Shown here: positions 9,324 through 19,412 of the stretch, in pieces | Numbering within the stretch: the stretch's first letter is position 1 | Layout of the letters: each line of letters opens with the position of its first letter | NCBI GenBank assembly: GCA_965267575.1 | Contig: OZ254086.1 | Coordinates: 4,064,001 to 4,128,000 of the forward strand | DNA: 64,000 bases | Reading direction: 5' to 3' | Source: Calditrichales bacterium | GTDB lineage: Bacteria > Calditrichota > Calditrichia > Calditrichales > J004 | Position numbers and translations under genes: made by a program | The notes under the pieces: generated by a model | Told to the model about the DNA's origin: nothing | Database searches by the model: none | What the model saw: only the letters and a program-made list of their open reading frames with translations

Positions 9324-9922
9324 GCTATTTAAAATCTATATGGGCAGGATTGCTTTTGTTGGCCGCCGTTGTTTCCGCGCAGGAAGGATATGTACATCTC
9401 AAAGGTGAGGAAACCTGGATCATTCAGTTAAACGATATGACTTTCCAGGCCGGAGATACGCTTTTAGTGGTAGCCGAGGGTAAGAGCGTATTGACGGCAA
9501 GGCCGCTGCTAAATTACAGCTGGCCCGGCATTTTACTGAAAGATACGTTGAATGTACGCGCAGCGGATACCTTGCTGGTCGAGCTAAACGCCGCCCGAGC
9601 CAGACCGGTGGCCGCCCGTAAAGCCGACACCATGACGGTCAACCGGCCCTACTCGCCCACCTTCGAGCGGGAAACGCCCGCCTGGCGCGGTAAAGTCAAA
9701 ACAGGGCTCATTATAACCGCCGTGGCCGGCAACTGGCTCTCCTTCTACCTTAAACGCCAGGCCGATGACGCCTACGACCGCTACCGCAGCGCATCGGACT
9801 TAGGAAGAATTAACGACGCGTACGACAAAACCCTCCTTTACGATGACCTCTCGGCTGCCACACTTGGCATAGCCACCGCCGCCCTCAGCGCCTACATCTA
9901 CCTGGAGCTAACCGACGACTGA
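9320..9922 (+). CDS. Hypothetical exported/membrane protein
   Basis: Signal peptide, two C-terminal hydrophobic segments, 4-bp overlap with the upstream gene. Confidence 0.65.
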   Translation: MSYLKSIWAGLLLLAAVVSAQEGYVHLKGEETWIIQLNDMTFQAGDTLLVVAEGKSVLTARPLLNYSWPGILLKDTLNVRAADTLLVELNAARARPVAARKADTMTVNRPYSPTFERETPAWRGKVKTGLIITAVAGNWLSFYLKRQADDAYDRYRSASDLGRINDAYDKTLLYDDLSAATLGIATAALSAYIYLELTDD

Positions 9923-10003
9923 GTCTAAACTTCAAATAAAAGCATAAATCCCAAATGCGCCGCCTGCATAGACGTTTTGAGAGCCTTATGTTCAAGGCGA
10001 AAC

Positions 10004-10846
10004 TCATTTTAGAAGGATCATTCTCTTGGTTTGGGTACGGCCTTCAGCCCGCAATTGATAGTAATAAATACCGCTAGATAGAAACCCTGGCTCAAAGGAG
10101 ACATTATGCTTTCCCGCAGAAAGTTTTTTGTTGATCAATGAAGCCATGAGCTGTCCCAGATTATTATAAATGTTTATTCTAACGAAAGACCTTTCGGGAA
10201 TCTTAAAAGAAATGATAGTAACGTTGTTAAACGGATTGGGGTAGTTTTGTGATAAGATCAGATCTTCAGGAAATGCATATTGGTTTTCTTTTGTGGAAGT
10301 AACATAATTACCATATTCAATAGAATCTATTCTCATCCAGGTTAGGTTTTCATATTCAAAATAGCCACCAATTCCCTGATAAATGTGAGTTGATAATCCA
10401 TATGATTCGGAGAATATATATGTCCATTGAAAAAAATCCATAGAATTATAATAGATTTGAAGCTGGTTGGCCATGATCGGAAGATTGCCCACAGAGTCAG
10501 TATTTACAGTATCGGCTTCAGAAAAATCGAACAAACAATATTCACTATCCTCTCTACTGGTATCATAAATAAAAATTTTTTGATATAAACTATCAAAACG
10601 CTCAAACATAAAAAAACTATCAGGCATAATGAACCTTATAAAATACTTTTTCCCGTTCCCTGCTAATGTATCACCAATGACCGAGTTTATTTTATAAGTT
10701 GTGTCCGGATCAAAAAGGGCATCAGTAATTACCTCATACTGCCATTCATTTCCAATTTTTATGGGGTAGTATTTTGCGGCGAGTGAATCTGTTTGCGCGA
10801 ATAAAAAACTAGCTGAAAAGAGAAGAAAAAGAAGAAGTTTTTTCAT
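10004..10846 (-). CDS. Secreted protein with T9SS/Por C-terminal sorting domain (AT-rich gene)
   Basis: Signal peptide; YYPIKIGNEWQY; LSQNYPNPFN...LSSGIYYYQL...KRMILLK. Confidence 0.8.
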   Translation of the reverse strand: MKKLLLFLLFSASFLFAQTDSLAAKYYPIKIGNEWQYEVITDALFDPDTTYKINSVIGDTLAGNGKKYFIRFIMPDSFFMFERFDSLYQKIFIYDTSREDSEYCLFDFSEADTVNTDSVGNLPIMANQLQIYYNSMDFFQWTYIFSESYGLSTHIYQGIGGYFEYENLTWMRIDSIEYGNYVTSTKENQYAFPEDLILSQNYPNPFNNVTIISFKIPERSFVRINIYNNLGQLMASLINKKLSAGKHNVSFEPGFLSSGIYYYQLRAEGRTQTKRMILLK

Positions 10847-10887
10847 TTTCCTAACTCCGCATAAAAAACCATATCAATATAAAGAAA

Positions 10888-11865
10888 CTACTCTTCCATC
10901 AAAAACAAATCCGGCAATTTATCCAGAACATTCTGCAACGTTTCCGGCAGAACACTTTCAAACTGAACGTTTTGTTCGCTCAGGGGATGGATAAAGCTTA
11001 GCCTTTGGGCATGCAAAAATTGGTAGGGCAGCATTTTTAGCAGGTGTTGTCCGCGCTTACGCAGGTTTTGCGGCAGCCGCGCCAGTTGCTTGTCACGGCC
11101 GTTGTAATCGGGGTCGCCCAACAGCGGATAACCCAGGTGGCTCATGTGCACCCGTATCTGATGGGTGCGGCCTGTTTCCAGCCTTAGTTCCAGCAAAGCA
11201 AAAAAGCCGTAATCACGCGAGACACTGTAGTGGGTAATCGCCTCTTTACCTGTTCGGGCAACGGCCATGCGCGTGGGGTCTTTCCTGCTGCGATTGATAT
11301 GCGTATGAACGGTGCCCTTTTTCTCCGATGGCACGCCCCAGGATAAAGCGCTGTATTCGCGGGAAATGGTCTTTTTATCGAACTGTGCCCGCAAATGGGC
11401 CATGGCTTTTTCCGTCCGGGCCACCACCAGCAGGCCGCTGGTGTTCTTATCCAGGCGATGCACAATACCCGGCCGCTCGATGTTTTGCTGTCGCGCCAGC
11501 TTGGAAGTATGCGCCAGCAGCGCGTTCACCAGCGTATTGCCGTCGCTCCCCTTGCCGGGATGCACGGTTAATCCTGCCGGTTTGTTCACCACGATTATAA
11601 CGTCATCTTCATAAATAATATCAACGTCAATTTCGGGCGCCGGTGTTAAATCCAGAGGGCGGCCTTCTATTTCGATGGTAATATGGTCATCCGCGTTGAG
11701 CCTGTAGCCGGGTTTCTCGCTTTGGCCGTTAACCAGGATGGAACCGTCTTTGATATGTTTGGTGAAGTAGCTGCGGGTATGTTCGGGATATCGTTCGTTC
11801 AGGAATTGATCGAGACGCTGTCCCGCGCTTTTTTCATCGACCCGGATATGGTCATGAAGAGGCAT
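10888..11865 (-). CDS. rluD: RluA/RluD family 23S rRNA pseudouridine synthase
   Basis: S4 domain (RLDQFL), NKPAGL, HRLDKNTSG, LETGRTHQIRVH. Confidence 0.92.
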   Translation of the reverse strand: MPLHDHIRVDEKSAGQRLDQFLNERYPEHTRSYFTKHIKDGSILVNGQSEKPGYRLNADDHITIEIEGRPLDLTPAPEIDVDIIYEDDVIIVVNKPAGLTVHPGKGSDGNTLVNALLAHTSKLARQQNIERPGIVHRLDKNTSGLLVVARTEKAMAHLRAQFDKKTISREYSALSWGVPSEKKGTVHTHINRSRKDPTRMAVARTGKEAITHYSVSRDYGFFALLELRLETGRTHQIRVHMSHLGYPLLGDPDYNGRDKQLARLPQNLRKRGQHLLKMLPYQFLHAQRLSFIHPLSEQNVQFESVLPETLQNVLDKLPDLFLMEE

Positions 11866-12415
11866 GGTTCGATTGTGTCTGTTCTTCCTTTGGCGCGCTC
11901 AGCGGATCACCCTTGATGATGATGAACAGGAAGAGAATCGTCATGCCTGTACTGACGGCGATATCGGCCACGTTAAACACAGGCCAGCGCGTTAAACCGT
12001 CAAATTGTAGCTGAAGAATAGAGAAGGAAGGGATGTCGAAAAACTCGAAGTCCAGGAAATCCACGACACTGCCGCGAATAAAACGATCGCTCAGATTGCC
12101 AATGGCGCCGGCGGCGATTAACGAAATGGCTGACTGCAAAGGCCAGCTTTCATTGCGCAAGCGGTACAGGTAATAAAACACAAGCCCCGCCGCGAAAAGA
12201 GATAATCCCATAAAAAGCCAGGTATTGTCGATGCGTAAACCGAAAGCCATGCCCGGATTTTCCACATAGGTAAAACGGAAAAAATCACCCCAAACCGGGA
12301 TGGATTCACCCAGCCTCATTTGCGTTTTTGTTATGTACTTGGTGACTTGATCCAGAACAAGGACTACCGCAATCAACAGTCCAATCTGTAAATAGGAGAG
12401 TTTCTTTCCGGGCAT
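11852..12415 (-). CDS. lspA: Lipoprotein signal peptidase II
   Basis: DQVTK, NPGMAFG, GAIGNLSDR, VVDF, FNVAD. Confidence 0.95.
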   Translation of the reverse strand: MPGKKLSYLQIGLLIAVVLVLDQVTKYITKTQMRLGESIPVWGDFFRFTYVENPGMAFGLRIDNTWLFMGLSLFAAGLVFYYLYRLRNESWPLQSAISLIAAGAIGNLSDRFIRGSVVDFLDFEFFDIPSFSILQLQFDGLTRWPVFNVADIAVSTGMTILFLFIIIKGDPLSAPKEEQTQSNHASS

Positions 12416-12801
12416 CAGCGTTTGCTTTTATTCTCCGCCAGTTTAGCTTCAACACTGATTGTGGTCGTTGGTACGGCTTCCAGCCTTTGCCGCGCGATCA
12501 ATTTTCCGGTAATTCGGCAGATGCCGTACGTACCGTTGTCGATGCGCTCAAGAGCTTCATCAATCTGCTTGAGATATTTTTCGTCCCGTGCCGCAAACAT
12601 AAAGGCCTTCTCACGTTCCATGGCATCTGTACCCTGGTCGGCCATATGGAAAGAGTACGACGAGTGGTCGCCCGAAGCGTCGCGTGTCGTCTCGTCCAAA
12701 ACCGTCTTGCGAAGGTATTCCAGATTCGTTACAACCTTCTCGCGCTTCTTAAGGAGCAACTGCTTAAAGTACTCCAGATCCTCTTTTTTCATCTTTTCCA
12801 T
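12415..12801 (-). CDS. dksA: DksA/TraR family protein
   Basis: Coiled coil with HMADQGTD tip; ALERIDNGTYGIC...RLEAVP. Confidence 0.85.
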   Translation of the reverse strand: MEKMKKEDLEYFKQLLLKKREKVVTNLEYLRKTVLDETTRDASGDHSSYSFHMADQGTDAMEREKAFMFAARDEKYLKQIDEALERIDNGTYGICRITGKLIARQRLEAVPTTTISVEAKLAENKSKR

Positions 12802-12810
12802 GAATTCCTC

Positions 12811-15800
12811 CTACAATTTCTCTAACCCTACAATGAGTTCAGTAGAATCCAGTTGCACCCGTTTTTTAAATGAGGCATCTAATGTAACAAATTTTAATTC
12901 TTCTGCCAAAGTTTCCGTACAAATATAGCGCTCTTGCTGCTTCAGTTTTGATGACGTTGTATCATCGGCACCTTCAACGCCGATTTTAATTCTATCGGTC
13001 ACTTCAAAGCCGGCCTCTTTGCGCAGGTTCTGAACCCGGTTTACAAATTCCCGCGCAAAACCTTCGGTCAACAGCTCGTCATTTAATTCCGTATTCAACG
13101 CCACGGTCAGGCCCGCATCACGCTGCACAAGGAAACCTTCTTTCGCTTCGGCAACCACTTCGATATCGTCTTCACCCAGCTCAAAGGTCTGGCCGTTTGC
13201 ATCAAGCGTCAGCGCATTATTTTTCATATAAGCGAGAATATCATCCTCACCAAGTCCTTTAATTTTTCCGGCCAGCAGACCCATCAGTTTACCGGCGCGG
13301 GCGCCCAGTTGCTTAAAGTTGGGCTTGGCGCTAAAGGTCACCATCTCGCCGCTCTTTTCCGCAAAACGAAGCTGCTTTACGTTTATTTCCTCGCAGATAA
13401 TACCCTGCATCTGCGCGGCGTATTCCCTGTGTGTTTTTTGATTGCTGTTTACCACCAGTTCACTCAACGGCTGGCGCACTCTGATCTGCGCTTCATTACG
13501 CAAGGCACGTGCAAGGCTAACAACCCGCTGCGCGAACGCCATCTTTTCTTCAAGATCAACATCGATCCGTGCTTCCATTTCTTTGGTCACCACCGGATAA
13601 TCGGCGTGGTGCACACTCTCCAGCGACTGATCACGGTTTAGGTTGCGGAAAATCTCCTCGCTCACAAACGGCGCCACCGGCGCGATCATCTTTGTTATAG
13701 TAAGAAGCACCTCATACAGCGTCTGGTATGCCGCCATTTTATCCTCACCCGCTTCCGATTTCCAGAAACGGCGGCGGTTGCGCCGCACATACCAATTGGA
13801 AACATCATCCAGCACAAAATCGGAAATGGCGCGCACGCTCTTGGTCAGATCGTATTTGTCCATATGGCCGTTAACAGTCTTCACAAGCGAATACAGTTTC
13901 GACAGTATCCAGCGGTCGATTTCCGGACGCTTCCCATGCGCCACGGCTTCCTGGCGGGGATCGAACTTATCCACATTGGCATACAGCACAAAGAAGGAAT
14001 AGGTATTCATCAGCGTGTTAACAAACTTGCGCTGCACTTCGGCCACGCCTTCCTCATCAAACTTTTTTGGTATCCACGGCGGGCTGGCCGCAAGAAAATA
14101 CCAGCGCAACGAGTCCGCCCCGAAACGCTCCATGATCTCGTTGTGGAAAACCACATTGCCACGCGATTTGGACATCTTCTGTCCGTGTTTGTCCAGGATC
14201 AAATCATTCACAATAATGTTTTTAAACGCCGGCTTGCCAAACAAAACAGTGGCAATATTGTGCAGCGTGTAAAACCAGCCCCGTGTCTGATCAACACCCT
14301 CTGCGATAAAGTCCGCCGGGAAGTTTTTCTCAAAAACCTCTTTGTTCTCAAACGGGTAATGGAATTGGGCAAACGGCATAGCGCCACTGTCAAACCACAC
14401 ATCGATGATCTCCGGCGTGCGGCGGTATATGGTGCCCTCTTTTTCGTAAATCACACGGTCCACAAAGGGCCTGTGCAGGTCTATCTCCTCTTCCGGCAGG
14501 GAGCTTACCGGCACACGGCTGCCATCCTCTTTTTCAAAGAGGCCTTCTTTCAGTTCATCAATTGAGCCGACCGCAAAATGGTCCTCGCCGTTTTCCGCCA
14601 CCCAGATCGGTAAGGGCGTACCCCAATAGCGGTCACGCGAGAGCGACCATTCCTTCACCTCTGCCAGCCAGTTACCAAAGCGGCCGCTGCCGATCTCCGG
14701 CGGGCACCAGTTGATCTGATCATTATTTTCGACCATATCCTTTTTGTATTCCGGCGATTTAATGAACCACGATTCACGTGCGTAGTAGATGATCGGGTTT
14801 TCGGTTCGCCAGCAATGGGGATAGGAGTGTACATAATCAAAGCTGGACTTGTACAGCTTGTCCATTTTCTTAAGCGCGTAGATCACATCTTTATCCACAC
14901 CTTCTTCTGTGTGGTCCGGATAGGTGAAGGTCTTTACCGTGCGACCGGAAAACTCACCCACTCCGTCGGTAAATCTTCCGCCCGGTGTCACCGGCTGCAG
15001 GAACGGCAAATTATAGACTCTGGACATCTCGTAGTCGTCCTGCCCGAAAGCAGGCGCCATATGCACTATACCCGATCCATCCTCTGTTGAAACAAAGTCA
15101 CCGGCCACCACGGTCAGCCCGTTGGGATATTTTTCACGGTCAATGGGCAGAAAATCAAAAATCTGCCCATACACCGATCCCACCAGGTCTTTGCCTTTAA
15201 AACTGTCCAGGATTTCGTATTCGCCGTCGATAACGCTGAGGCGTTCTCTGGCCAGCACCAGTTTGTCCGTTAGATCAATCTTGTCATCGCCGCTTTTAAC
15301 CGTGCGCTTGTTTTCAATCAGCACATAGTCAATATCCGTTCCCACGGCCATGGCCACATTGGAGATCAGCGTCCACGGCGTCGTGGTCCATACCACCATC
15401 CGCGCGCCCTCCAGGCTGTCACGCGGGCTTTCTTCAATCTTAACCTTGATAAAACAATTGGGATCCTTAACCTCTTTATAGCCCAGCGACAGTTCATGTG
15501 AGCTTAGCGGCGTTTCTATGGTTGGCGATTGCGGTACGATCTTAAAACCCTTGTAAATAAGCCCTTTATTGTAGATTGTTTTTATCGCCCACCAGATTGA
15601 TTCGATATAGTCGTTTTTGTAAGTGATATAAGGATGGTCCAGATCGATCCAGTAGCCCATGCGGTCGGTCAGCTGGCGCCAGCCCTCATCCATATCGATG
15701 TGCTTGTTGACCAGCTCGCGGCAGGCTTTGTTAAACTTGTCGATCCCGTATTCTTCGATTTGGTTTTTCTGGGTGAGACCCAGTTCCTTCTCCACGGCGA

Positions 15801-16080
15801 TTTCTACCGGCAGGCCGTGCGTGTCCCAGCCCGCCTTGCGCGCCACGTAATGGCCTTTCATCGCTTTGTAGCGGCAAACGGCGTCTTTAATCGTACGCGC
15901 CATCACATGGTGGATGCCGGGCCGGCCGTTGGCCGTGGGCGGGCCTTCATAAAAAACATAGGGCGGATTGTTTTTGCGCTTCTCCAGCTCTTTTTCGAAA
16001 ATCCTGTTCTTTTGCCAAAAAGCCAGGATCTCTTTTTCCAGTTCAGCAAGATTTATTTTATTCGATACTTCACGAAACAT
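12811..16080 (-). CDS. ileS: Isoleucyl-tRNA synthetase (type 2, long C-terminus)
   Basis: EGPPTANG, GWDTHGLP, WTTTPWTL, SRDRYWGTPLP, KMSKS. Confidence 0.97.
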   Translation of the reverse strand: MFREVSNKINLAELEKEILAFWQKNRIFEKELEKRKNNPPYVFYEGPPTANGRPGIHHVMARTIKDAVCRYKAMKGHYVARKAGWDTHGLPVEIAVEKELGLTQKNQIEEYGIDKFNKACRELVNKHIDMDEGWRQLTDRMGYWIDLDHPYITYKNDYIESIWWAIKTIYNKGLIYKGFKIVPQSPTIETPLSSHELSLGYKEVKDPNCFIKVKIEESPRDSLEGARMVVWTTTPWTLISNVAMAVGTDIDYVLIENKRTVKSGDDKIDLTDKLVLARERLSVIDGEYEILDSFKGKDLVGSVYGQIFDFLPIDREKYPNGLTVVAGDFVSTEDGSGIVHMAPAFGQDDYEMSRVYNLPFLQPVTPGGRFTDGVGEFSGRTVKTFTYPDHTEEGVDKDVIYALKKMDKLYKSSFDYVHSYPHCWRTENPIIYYARESWFIKSPEYKKDMVENNDQINWCPPEIGSGRFGNWLAEVKEWSLSRDRYWGTPLPIWVAENGEDHFAVGSIDELKEGLFEKEDGSRVPVSSLPEEEIDLHRPFVDRVIYEKEGTIYRRTPEIIDVWFDSGAMPFAQFHYPFENKEVFEKNFPADFIAEGVDQTRGWFYTLHNIATVLFGKPAFKNIIVNDLILDKHGQKMSKSRGNVVFHNEIMERFGADSLRWYFLAASPPWIPKKFDEEGVAEVQRKFVNTLMNTYSFFVLYANVDKFDPRQEAVAHGKRPEIDRWILSKLYSLVKTVNGHMDKYDLTKSVRAISDFVLDDVSNWYVRRNRRRFWKSEAGEDKMAAYQTLYEVLLTITKMIAPVAPFVSEEIFRNLNRDQSLESVHHADYPVVTKEMEARIDVDLEEKMAFAQRVVSLARALRNEAQIRVRQPLSELVVNSNQKTHREYAAQMQGIICEEINVKQLRFAEKSGEMVTFSAKPNFKQLGARAGKLMGLLAGKIKGLGEDDILAYMKNNALTLDANGQTFELGEDDIEVVAEAKEGFLVQRDAGLTVALNTELNDELLTEGFAREFVNRVQNLRKEAGFEVTDRIKIGVEGADDTTSSKLKQQERYICTETLAEELKFVTLDASFKKRVQLDSTELIVGLEKL

Positions 16081-16131
16081 TTTTGTACCTGTATTAAATA
16101 TTTGATTTTAGAATGATAAGGATATCAATGG

Positions 16132-16965
16132 TTACACGCGGGCGATTATTTCCTTCATAAGCAGGGTCAGCTTAGGCTCCGCTTCGTTGGCAGCGGCAAT
16201 GATCTCGGGCAGATCCACCGGCTTCAGAGCGTCCGGGAAACATTCATCTGTTATAACGGAAATAGCCAGCACATCCATGCCGGCATGTACCGCGGCAATG
16301 CATTCGGGTACGGTGGACATGCCCACCACATCGGCGCCGATGGTTCGCAAAAAGCGATATTCCGCCCGTGTTTCCAGGTTGGGTCCGGAAACTGCCACAT
16401 ATACGCCTTTGTGCAACCTGATGCGTTTTTCCAGCGCAATCTCTTCGGCCAGGGCGATCAATCCGCGAGAATAGGGTTCAGACATGTCCGGAAAGCGCGG
16501 GCCATATTCTTCAAGGTTGGGCCCGATCAGAGGGTTATCGCCCAGCAAATTGATATGGTCATCGAGGATCATCAGCTCCCCGCGCCGGTATTGCGGGTTC
16601 ATGCCGCCGCAGGCATTGGATATCAGCAATGTGCGGATGCCCAGCTCATGCATAATCCGAACCGGAAAAACAATCTGCTGCATGGAGTAACCTTCATAAA
16701 AATGAAAGCGCCCCTGCATGGCCAGCACCTTCTTGCCCGAAAGCGTGCCAAAGATAAGTTTTCCGGCGTGGCTCTCCACCGTAGACTGCGGAAAATGTGG
16801 TATATCGCGGTAATCAACAATCTGCTCGCTTTTGATCTCTTTGGCCAATCCGCCAAGGCCCGTTCCAAGAATAATGCCCGTTTCCGGAGAGCCGGGTAAT
16901 TTCTCTTTTAAATATTTTACAGCGCCGGCAATCTGCCCGCGGTATTCATCAGCGTTAAACTTCAT
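16132..16965 (-). CDS. punA: Purine nucleoside phosphorylase (trimeric type)
   Basis: ILGTGLG, QGRFHFYEG, GPNLETRAE, VGMSTVPE. Confidence 0.9.
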   Translation of the reverse strand: MKFNADEYRGQIAGAVKYLKEKLPGSPETGIILGTGLGGLAKEIKSEQIVDYRDIPHFPQSTVESHAGKLIFGTLSGKKVLAMQGRFHFYEGYSMQQIVFPVRIMHELGIRTLLISNACGGMNPQYRRGELMILDDHINLLGDNPLIGPNLEEYGPRFPDMSEPYSRGLIALAEEIALEKRIRLHKGVYVAVSGPNLETRAEYRFLRTIGADVVGMSTVPECIAAVHAGMDVLAISVITDECFPDALKPVDLPEIIAAANEAEPKLTLLMKEIIARV

Positions 16966-17606
16966 CCGTCTTTTTTCTTCTTCTTGTCTATCTCTTTTTG
17001 CAGTTCTTCTTTCTGACGCTGCTGCTCTTCAAGTTTGCGTTTTTCCTCTTCGAGCAGTTTTTCTCGGCGCACTTTGGCTTCTTCGGCGCGCTGCTTTCGC
17101 ACCTCAAAGGCAGCATCTTCAAAATCGCGCTCCAGGCCGATGCGCCCAAAATACCAGGCCCCGGCAATACCAAAAACCGCTGTACTGATCAGCGGCGGCG
17201 CATCAACTCCGGCACCAACCAGCGCCACCCCTACTGCCGTACCGGCCGCGGCTCCCATTACGAGACCACCGGCGCCGTAAAGCAACGTGTTGTTGAGGCC
17301 GCTGGCGTCGTTTATCTGGTAATGCGGAATCGGCACCGCTTCAAAATCATAAACTTTATCGGACTCGTCCAGGGACTGAATATTTTCATAAAGAACAAAC
17401 GATCTCTTGTTATCCGAAGCATCAATATAGACCAGCTTGTTGCCGTCGCGTTTAAGCACGATCCCTTCCCTTTTCGAACCATCCTTAAGGTGGATGACCA
17501 CACTGGCCTGGGAATAGGGATCTTCCATAGTGAGCTCCCGTTTTCCCGCACAACCCAGCACAAAGAGCGCGCCCAATAAATAAATCAGGCTAAATTTTAA
17601 TCGCAT
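16962..17606 (-). CDS. Hypothetical lipoprotein with Gly-rich hydrophobic hairpin and charged coiled-coil tail
   Basis: Lipobox VLGC; GAGGLVMGAAAG; E/K-rich C-terminus; lies within the operon. Confidence 0.7.
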   Translation of the reverse strand: MRLKFSLIYLLGALFVLGCAGKRELTMEDPYSQASVVIHLKDGSKREGIVLKRDGNKLVYIDASDNKRSFVLYENIQSLDESDKVYDFEAVPIPHYQINDASGLNNTLLYGAGGLVMGAAAGTAVGVALVGAGVDAPPLISTAVFGIAGAWYFGRIGLERDFEDAAFEVRKQRAEEAKVRREKLLEEEKRKLEEQQRQKEELQKEIDKKKKKDG

Positions 17607-17620
17607 TGTTGTCTCCTGTT

Positions 17621-18289
17621 TTATCTGTCCGAATCGGGATTCTCGCCAAAAATATCGTTGAATAAATCTTTGCCGTGCGTTTTCTCCTGGGCTGAGCCGC
17701 TACTCTTGGCAGGCGGGCTGCTGCCCTTGTCGTCGCTGCGCCGTATGGCTGAGGAAGGCTGCGGTTGCGGCGCCTTGGTTTTTACGGCCGCTTTAGCCAT
17801 GGGACTTTTGCTGCGGTCTTTAAGCCGCGAAAGGTCAAGGTCGTCTGTCTCCAGTACATCCATGAGTTCCAGCTGAGAGGAAAGCAGGTGGCGCATGCGG
17901 CTGATAAACGAATGTTTCTGATTTTGCAGGCTGGTGACTTCCTCGCGCATTTTGTGTACCTGCAGACGCGTTTTTTCCAGAAGCTGCGCCGCGGCAAGTT
18001 CGGCCTCTTTTTTAATCAGCCCCGCTTCCTTGGCAGAATTTTGCTTGGACAGCTCGGAGCTTTCCTGCATGTTCTGCAGTGTCTGTTTGAGCGTCTTTTC
18101 CACCTCTCTGTAATTTTTAAGCTCGCTTTCCATGGACAGGTTCTGCTTGCTCAGACGCTCGGTTTCTTCAAGCAATTCCTGATATTTGTCCGCCACCAGT
18201 TCCAGGAATGTATCCACTTCAACGGGGTCATAGCCGCGCATACCTTTCTTGAATTCCTGGTTTTTTATCTCTATCGGTGTGAGTTTCAC
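17621..18289 (-). CDS. divIVA: DivIVA domain protein
   Basis: GTG start after aaggaggt RBS; LTPIEIKNQEFKKGMRGYDPVEVDTFL followed by coiled coil. Confidence 0.88.
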   Translation of the reverse strand: MKLTPIEIKNQEFKKGMRGYDPVEVDTFLELVADKYQELLEETERLSKQNLSMESELKNYREVEKTLKQTLQNMQESSELSKQNSAKEAGLIKKEAELAAAQLLEKTRLQVHKMREEVTSLQNQKHSFISRMRHLLSSQLELMDVLETDDLDLSRLKDRSKSPMAKAAVKTKAPQPQPSSAIRRSDDKGSSPPAKSSGSAQEKTHGKDLFNDIFGENPDSDR

Positions 18290-18290
18290 A

Positions 18291-18983
18291 TTACCTCCTT
18301 CTCGGGCCAAATATCGCGGTGCCTATACGGACGTGCGTACTGCCCTCTTCAATCGCCCATTTAAAATCGTTGGACATACCCATGGATAACCACGGAAAAC
18401 TATCCGCGCCTTTTTCTTTCTGCAATGTTTCCCGCAACCTGCGCAGGCGCTCAAAGGCCGGCCGCACGCGTTTTTCATCATCGCTGAACGGAGCCATGAT
18501 CATTAAGCCTTTTACACGGAGGCGCCTCTCTTCATAAAGCTGCAAACAGAGATCCCGTGCTGCTTCCGCATCCAGGCCCGCTTTGCTCTCCTCCAGGCCG
18601 TTGTGCACTTCGACTAAAACGTCGGGCACAATATCATTTTTTTCTGCGTATGCTGCAATCTGCCCGGCCAGCTTTTCTGAATTTACACTATGGACCAACC
18701 GCGACGCGGGCAGGACATATTTTATTTTGTTGCTCTGCAGATTACCCACAAAATGCCAGATAATATCATCGGGAAGACCGGGCGCCTTATCCCGCAGTTC
18801 CTGTGGCCGGTTTTCACCAAAATGCCTGTGCCCAAGGCTGTAAGCTTCCAAAATGGTTTCCGGCGGGAATTTTTTACTGATTGCCACCAGGGTAATTTCC
18901 TGCGGGGACCGTCCGCTGCGCTCCGCGGCCAGCGTGATTTCATCGTTAACCCGCTTCAGCCTGTCTTCGAGGCTCTGCGACAT
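18291..18983 (-). CDS. yggS: YggS/PLP homeostasis protein
   Basis: LVAISK, FGENRPQE, WHFVGNLQSNK, LSMGMSND, VRIGTAIFG. Confidence 0.93.
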   Translation of the reverse strand: MSQSLEDRLKRVNDEITLAAERSGRSPQEITLVAISKKFPPETILEAYSLGHRHFGENRPQELRDKAPGLPDDIIWHFVGNLQSNKIKYVLPASRLVHSVNSEKLAGQIAAYAEKNDIVPDVLVEVHNGLEESKAGLDAEAARDLCLQLYEERRLRVKGLMIMAPFSDDEKRVRPAFERLRRLRETLQKEKGADSFPWLSMGMSNDFKWAIEEGSTHVRIGTAIFGPRRR

Positions 18984-18984
18984 T

Positions 18985-19284
18985 TTAATTTTTAAAACCG
19001 GGTTGCGTCGGATTGGCGGGTGTCCTGACCGGTTTTATCTCGCCAAACTGCGCTTCATATTTGTTAATATTGTCCTGCAGCGCCATCAGCAGAGACTTGG
19101 CGTGCTGCGGGCCGGTAATAATGCGCGAATAGACTTTAGCTTTTGGACGGCCCGGAACGACGCGAATAAAATCCAGAACAAATTCGGCCGGTGAATGGCT
19201 GATAAGAACGAGATTGCTGTAGGTCCCTTCCGCTTCCTTTTCACCCAGTTCAATATTAAGTTGTTTTTCTTTCTTACTATCCAT
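18985..19284 (-). CDS. DUF3467 family protein
   Basis: EGTYSNLVLISHSPAEFVLDF...SRII..PQHAK...YEAQFGEI. Confidence 0.8.
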   Translation of the reverse strand: MDSKKEKQLNIELGEKEAEGTYSNLVLISHSPAEFVLDFIRVVPGRPKAKVYSRIITGPQHAKSLLMALQDNINKYEAQFGEIKPVRTPANPTQPGFKN

Positions 19285-19412
19285 AAAATTTCTCGTTTTC
19301 CGTTCAGCACGTGCCCGGTTTCAGCATGCGCAAAACTTTGTTTTTGTGTAACTTTCAAGCTGAAAAATTTATTGAAATCATTTTTTTAAGTCAAGGTAAG
19401 TACAAGGCGTTT

